The notes under the pieces are model-generated. The model was given only the letters and a program-made list of their open reading frames with translations. It was not told where the DNA came from and did no database searches. Source: Octopus bimaculoides (taxonomy: Eukaryota). From it: a stretch of 42,420 nt of DNA. The position numbers were made by a program, and so were the translations under genes. This document shows, piece by piece, positions 36,700 to 42,420 of the stretch. Each line of letters starts with the position of its first letter. Position 1 is the first letter of the stretch. The stretch is from assembly GCF_001194135.2 (NCBI RefSeq), contig NC_068987.1:48621097-48663516 (forward strand), read 5' to 3'.

Positions 36700-38621
36700 T
36701 TGTACTTAGAGACTTCAAGAGGCGGAAAACTAACTTAGCCATGTCATGGATTGATTATCATGAAGTGTACGATATGATCCCACATTCTTGGATTACGAAA
36801 TGTATGAATCTATTTAGTATTGCATCAAATGTTGAGTGATTGCTTGGATAAAGTATGGTGAAGTGGAGGACGGAACTGACAGCATACGGAAGAAGTTTAG
36901 GGACAATAGAAATCAGGAGAGGCATCTTCTAAGGGGATTGCCTGTCCCCACTGATCTTTGTACCGTGCATGATACCACTAATACTGATTCTGAGGAAAGC
37001 AAAGGCCAATATGTATTCAAGAGCCACCAACAAAAAGTCAACCACTTGTTATTCATGGATAACCTCAAACTTTATGGTAAAGATGAAGCCCGAGTCAGTT
37101 CCCTCGTTGATATGGTGTATGCCTTCAGTGCTGATATCAGAATGGAGTTTGGAATGAGAAAGTGTGGTGTGTTAGTCTTGAAGAGAGGCAAAAATCAAAT
37201 GTATGGACAGGCTAGCGATACCATCAGGGGAGGTTATGAAGCAGCTAGAAGAGACAGGCTATATGTACTTGGGGATATTGGAAATGGATAAATTGATGGA
37301 GAAAGAAACAGCAAAAATATTTAAGGTGGGGTACTTGCGCAAACTGAGACTGATCCTTAAGTCAAAATTAAACAGACGGAATAAGATTGCAGCTATCAAC
37401 ACTTGGGCAGTTTTACTCCTTAGATATGGAGCAGGGGTAATCGCATGGACAGTAGACAAACTAAACAGCTTGGACAGAAAAACAAGGAAATTGTTGACTA
37501 GATATGGGATACTCAACCCACTCAAAAAGTGACACAGACAGACTGTTTGTACTAAGAAAAAGAGGAGGAAGAGGACTGATTGGATGCGAACACAGCATTA
37601 AAGAAGAAGAAAACAGCATAGAATAGTATGTAAAAATGCCACAAAACTGCTGTTATTAGAAGTAAGAAGGTCAGGCTTGTGTAGGATGAAAGATTGCAAA
37701 GATAGAGCACTGTACAAGCACTTGAGAATGAATGAAACTGAAAATAGGTGGATAAAGAAAAGAATGCATTGACAATTTCATAGGGATGCTGAAGATAAGA
37801 CAAAGAGAGAAAAAAATATGGCTATGGATAACTAAAAATGATTTAAAACTGGAAACAGAGGCTCTAATCTGTGCTGCCCAAGAGCAAGAATTAAGAACCA
37901 ATTACATCAAGTACAGAATAGACAACACAACACATCAAAAAGTGATAAGAGCAGAATTTGTGGAAAAAATGGTGAAACTATGGCATATTAGCAGTCAATG
38001 TACGCCACTATCCCAAAAATAATATAAGAGACGTCACAACAATATAGGAAGGATTGTCCATTGGACACTTTGCAACAAGTTTGGACTTGACAGAGCAAAA
38101 AGTGGTATGAGCATAAACCTGAAGGTATCATTGAAAATGATAATGCAAAGATCCTATGGGATTTTATGATTCAGTGCAACCATGAGATAGAGAATAGGAA
38201 ACCAGACATAGTGTTAATTGAGAAAGAAAGCAAACGATGCTGGACCATAGATATAGCATGCCCAGCTGACAACAAAGTATGTGATAAGGAAGAAAGAAAA
38301 GTCAATAGATATGACGGGTTAGCTTGGGAGGTTAAGCAGTTGTGGTCGCTGAAAAAGGTAGTGGTAATACCAATAATTGTCAGAGCCCTGGGAACAGTGA
38401 GCAAAAATCTTGAGAAGTACATGGAACAAATAGAAGCTGCAATAAGGGTGGAGCACTTGCAGAAAACAGCACTGCTTGGAACCACTCAAATACTCTGGAT
38501 GTTGCTTGAAAAATAAGGGGTGCTGCCTTAGCTCACTGGTAGTGAACACCTGACACTGTAGTACATCTCTAGCGTTAGAAGCTGTGCAAAAACAATATAA
38601 TAATAATAATAATAATAATAA
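36700..38621 (+). mobile_element. 5'-truncated Dong/R4 LINE
   Basis: WIDYHEVYDMIPHSWI, HLLFMDNLKLY, SKLNRRNKIAAINTWA, LKLETEALICAAQEQ, RLE RKPDIV...IDIACPAD...KVNRY, (TAA)n tail 38596-38621. Confidence 0.92.
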
Positions 38622-39495
38622 CGATTTCTTTTATTTACCATCAGGGCAAAGGATGAAGGGGACAATACAAAGACAGTCATAAAGTATTGGGGTTTACATA
38701 TGATAGAATGATAAAAAAAAGTATACACATCATACATTAGAAGAAGGGAAGCATACATAGTATGCAACACTAGAAGAAGAGGGGAAAAAGCGATAGTGAT
38801 GGGGTCCCCCTGATACAGGAGGACCTCTAGGGATAATCGAGGAACCCCACCATCCAAGATCACCCTGAATACCATGGATGAGTACCTTCTCCAACTCCTT
38901 TCTTCTGACTCACAGGTCTACACTGAAAGTGGTACCATCCACTCTTGCCATTTTCACAACTTTCAAGTACTTTTTTATAAATTCACTCGAAGACAGCACC
39001 TCCCTCTCCACCCTCACTTTCCTTTTCAAAGGAAACTTGAAAAAGTCGTTGAGGACTTTACCAAAGAGGAATGTTTCTGTCCTCACTCCTTTCAGCCTTG
39101 TCCACCAGATAATCTCTCTTTCAGCACAGCCACCAGACAAAGGAAAACTGCCTTGCTTGACCAATTAAAGGAAGGTGGTGGGGAAATCATCATTATGGAT
39201 TCGGCTGACAGACAGATCCATCCCACACACAAAAGCAGCTGTTTGACATAACTTCACAAGTCAGCAATGCCTGGACACTGAACAAGTGCATGCAGAATGA
39301 TTTCAACACTCTGCGAGCACCTCAGACAAGCCCATCTGACAGCACATCTGTGCCTATAGAGTTTATCTCAAACCGGTAGTGCCCCTCAGTAGCACTGCCA
39401 GGCCAAAGACATCTCGAAATGATCCATAACAGTCTCTGACCAGAAAGTCCTCCAGAATAGACTTGCCAGTTTGTCTTCATCGACGCCTAGGGTCT
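38622..39495 (-). mobile_element. 5'-truncated Tx1-type LINE
   Basis: Homologous to the 19012-20063 copy (IILHALVQCPGIADL). AATAAA then the shared (TTA)n tract. Confidence 0.8.
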
Positions 39496-39607
39496 CCTTG
39501 TTGTTGTTGTCATTAGACAATACGAAGAACATGATGTAATTGCAATAGATATTTTATTGGTTTAAATGATATTTTAACAGCTTGCCTGCTTTATTGAATT
39601 CAAAATG

Positions 39608-40927
39608 AAAAGTGATACATAGAAATTAAGAACTATAGAAATTCAAATTCAAAAGTTTGAACAAGGACATCTTCATTCACACTTTGATGGAGTGACATCA
39701 TCAGTCTGCAATTTTCAATTTTATAAGTGGCAAAAAGAAAAAAGAAAGAAAAAAAAACAGAAAAAAGAAAAGTTAGGTTTTCTGGAGGCAGAAAAGTGAC
39801 AGAGTTAATTGCAAGCCCATGTCATCCTACATTTACCTCCACCACTGCTCTGATCATCCACATCATATTATTCAATCAAATCTGAAATCCCAATTTTTGA
39901 GGATAAAACGGATTTGTGCTGATATAGGGGATTACTGGAAATATGCAAATACTTTTGTACATCATTATGTGAAACTCAGTTACAGTAAATCATGATTAAA
40001 GGAAATTGAAAATGACATAGCTAAGATTAGCAAGGAAAGTCAAATTTTCATGCATAATTTTAGTAAACAAAGTAAAATATGTGACAGAATTCCTTTAGTG
40101 ATTAACTGGCACCAAAACTTCACTGACATTTCAAAAGTGTTACATGAAAGTTACCAGCATGTTGTGGAAAAATATTCTCATTTCAACCTCAGTCGCTTAT
40201 TGTAGCCTTTAGACAGAATTAAAATACAAGAGAACTATTAACCTCTACTTCTAACTCCAAAAAAACTAACATTGGAGTTTATTATGCTGTACCTTGAAAA
40301 TAGCCACAAGAGAGGTGAGCCCTGTTCATTATGCAACAATATGAATCAAGTCAATTCCATCAGGAATCATAACAGAAATGTTATGACTTATACCAAAGGT
40401 GAGACACATAGAGGATTCCCATTTGGTGTATATAGCAGAATGCACCAAGCACAACTTGATTTGTGTTAGTTGTACAACAGAATAATTAAATGAAAGGTTC
40501 AATGGGCACAGATATAATGTCAGGCACAATAACAGTAGTTTGACCAAACTCGCAGAACATTGTACATCAGATGGATGGCTGCAATTTTGAAAAATACTTG
40601 AAAGTGCATATTCTTGGAAAATATTCTGAACTTGTTACACTTTCAGTCCTCAAAATGCATGAGGAGAAATATGTTTGTGAGTTATTAACATCACGCCCAG
40701 GAAGAATGAACAAAATGACAGGGGAATTTCATCATATTTACACAAAACCGTTTAATTAAATATTCTTCTTCTTCCTTTATTTCTTTTCTTTTTTCTCTTT
40801 TTTCTTTATTTTTCTTTTTGTCAGTTGTAAAATTGAAAATTGAAGACTGATGATGTCATTCCATCAAAGTAGGAATGCAGATGTCCTTGTTGAAACCTTT
40901 GAATTTGAATTTCTATGTATTACTTTA
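39608..40927 (+). mobile_element. Penelope-like element fragment (RT thumb + GIY-YIG) flanked by inverted repeats
   Basis: YLHHCSDHPHHIIQSNLKSQFLRIKRIC, RIPLVINWH, CSLC, a GIY-YIG-like region, LNERFNGHRY and ICELLT...MN. About 165-bp inverted repeats at 39608-39772 and 40770-40927. Confidence 0.85.
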
Positions 40928-41024
40928 TTTGCCTAACACTCTATTATATAATTTCACATGAAACCAATTGGTAAGATCAGCTGTGTTGGATAATTAACAC
41001 TATAAAATTCAGACAATATGCATA

Positions 41025-41320
41025 TCAATATATATATAAAACTGAGAATGTGTGTCTGTCTATCTGTCTGTCTATGTGTGCATCACCAAAACTTGAGAAC
41101 TACCCAACAAATTTCATTCAAATTTTATACATGCCTTACTTAAAGTCCATATAGTGTCATGGGCCAAAAATTTTCAATGTCTTGCCTAATGCAAGCCCGG
41201 AGCAATCTCTTATCTCTTACACTATTTCAGCATTATGCGTCAAAAGTGAAACAATAACATCTCTATTGTAATGTGAGATAACACTTTCAGTTTTTATAAT
41301 GAAACGATCAATACTGACAC
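41025..41320 (+). mobile_element. Helitron-like 5' portion
   Basis: A|TCAATATATATATAAAA followed by a (TGTC)n tract and aaatttcattcaaattt, the typical non-autonomous Helitron/HINE start. Confidence 0.5.
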
Positions 41321-41472
41321 TATTATATCACATATATACATGCATACATATACATACATATATATATATATATGTTTATATATGTATATATATATATATA
41401 TAGATGTATATGCACAGATGTATATGTATAGATGTATATATACATATATGTATATATACATATGTATGTATA

Positions 41473-41615
41473 TACCGGAGTAAGCACATAAATGTGCAAC
41501 AAGGTGGAGAAAGAGTACTCAAAAACCAGAGGTAGAGTAATATGCTTCATTTAAAAGCAGCAGAAATATAACAAAAAACTGTTACTCGGAGTTTCACGTT
41601 CCCATTCATCGGACA
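41473..41615 (-). mobile_element. Short hammerhead-bearing repeat (solo Penelope pLTR / retrozyme-like) between TA microsatellites
   Basis: Begins with the hammerhead motif, followed by a T-rich tract. Flanked on both sides by (TA)/(TATG)n. Confidence 0.6.
41580..41615 (-). ncRNA. Minimal type I hammerhead ribozyme (U4C core variant)
   Basis: Minus strand UGU-CCGAUGA-AUG GGAA CGU-GAAA-CUC C GAG-UA-ACA: 3-bp stem I, core, 3-bp stem II with tetraloop, GAAA, palindromic stem III, GUA cleavage triplet. Confidence 0.7.
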
Positions 41616-41637
41616 TATATATATATATATATATACA

Positions 41638-42420
41638 TCTTATATATAATAAATGTGAACTTGTGTGTCTGTGTGAAGCCTTTTTAAAGGTTTATAAAAA
41701 TCCACATTTTCCACTTTTTCGTAAAATTTTTTACATCAATGGAATTTTCTCGATGTGAACTTTTCAGTGCAGTAATTAGATTTAAGGGAGATTTGGCTGT
41801 TGTTTCTAGCAACTTTTATATTTCTTCCCTTCTACTTGTAACAGCGTTCTTATACACATATATATGACACACTCAACATAAATTATAGAGAATAAGAGTG
41901 AGAGAGGGAAAGAGAGAGAGAAGAGAAAGTGATACATACAAAGTCTTCTTTCTTCTTCCTCACTCCCATTTAATAGTTTTCTTGTATCCCTCTACCTCTA
42001 ACATATTTTTCATAACATAGAAACGTAAAAACACACACAACCACACATACGTGATCTGTGGCAACATACACATAAACACATATCAACATTATAACTGTCT
42101 TCCGTTCTCCCTTCCTCTCTTTCTCTTTATTCCTTCCTCCCCCTCTCTCTCCCTCTTCCTCTCTCGCTATTCTCTCTCACTCTCTCAAACGCATACACGT
42201 GCAAGTAGACAATTATTCACTAAAATATAACTCATGTTCGTCTATGTTTTGTAAATATACCACGATTTTCACTAGGGCGTTAGGGTTAGGGTTTTAGGGT
42301 TAGGGTTTTAGGGTTAGGGTTAGGGTTTAGGGTTACAGTTAGGGTTAGGATTCGGGTTAGTGTTACGGTTACGGTTTTAAGGTCAGGGTTAGGGTTTTAG
42401 GGTTAGGGTCTTAGGATTAG
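41638..42420 (+). mobile_element. Helitron-like non-autonomous element, copy 2, with TTAGGG-like array (42273-42420, runs off the window)
   Basis: A|TCTTATATATAATAAA 5' end. Body homologous to 32329-33522. Confidence 0.6.

Noticed and set aside
35162-36839. ORF-track ORFs rich in His-Thr, Cys-Val, poly-Ile/Met
   Set aside because: They are translations of (CA)n and (ATA/ATG)n microsatellites. The same applies to 243-458, 12892-13395, 26894-27253 and 41323-41550.
40840-40900. CTGATGA...GAAAC in the PLE inverted repeat as a hammerhead
   Set aside because: Stem II does not close next to GAAA, and no stem I or stem III partners could be built in either copy.
42273-42420. TTAGGG array at the window end as a true telomere
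   Set aside because: The repeats are degenerate, and the same array with the same upstream body occurs internally at 33415-33522. It is element-borne.
1-42420. Antisense orientation bias of LINEs indicating one long host intron
   Set aside because: Insertions occur on both strands in comparable numbers, so there is no convincing bias.

Overview
AT-rich, microsatellite- and transposon-saturated animal genomic DNA with several N gaps. The repeat mix (RTE, Dong/R4 and Tx1 LINEs, Nin-domain and tRNA-derived SINEs, mariner, hAT, Penelope-like, Helitron-like) points to a coleoid cephalopod, most likely Octopus; this is inference. Most ORFs in the supplied track are decayed transposon fragments or microsatellite artefacts. 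The clearest host-gene signal is a + strand terminal exon (10621-11739) resembling the UPF0489/C5orf22-like family. It is open for 373 codons except for one in-frame TAA. A possible disabled first exon of a paralog lies at about 24016-24182. Best observations: (1) a minimal type I hammerhead ribozyme (41580-41615, minus strand) in a short solo repeat between TA microsatellites; (2) a degenerate type II hammerhead-like fold at 25479-25564; (3) two copies of a Helitron-like element carrying TTAGGG telomere-like arrays; (4) a C4HC3 PHD-type finger inside RTE ORF2 just after the RT YADD motif; (5) Dong/R4 LINEs repeatedly sitting in (TAA)n tracts, including the tails of other retroelements. All family calls are from motif recognition by eye, and most element boundaries are approximate.
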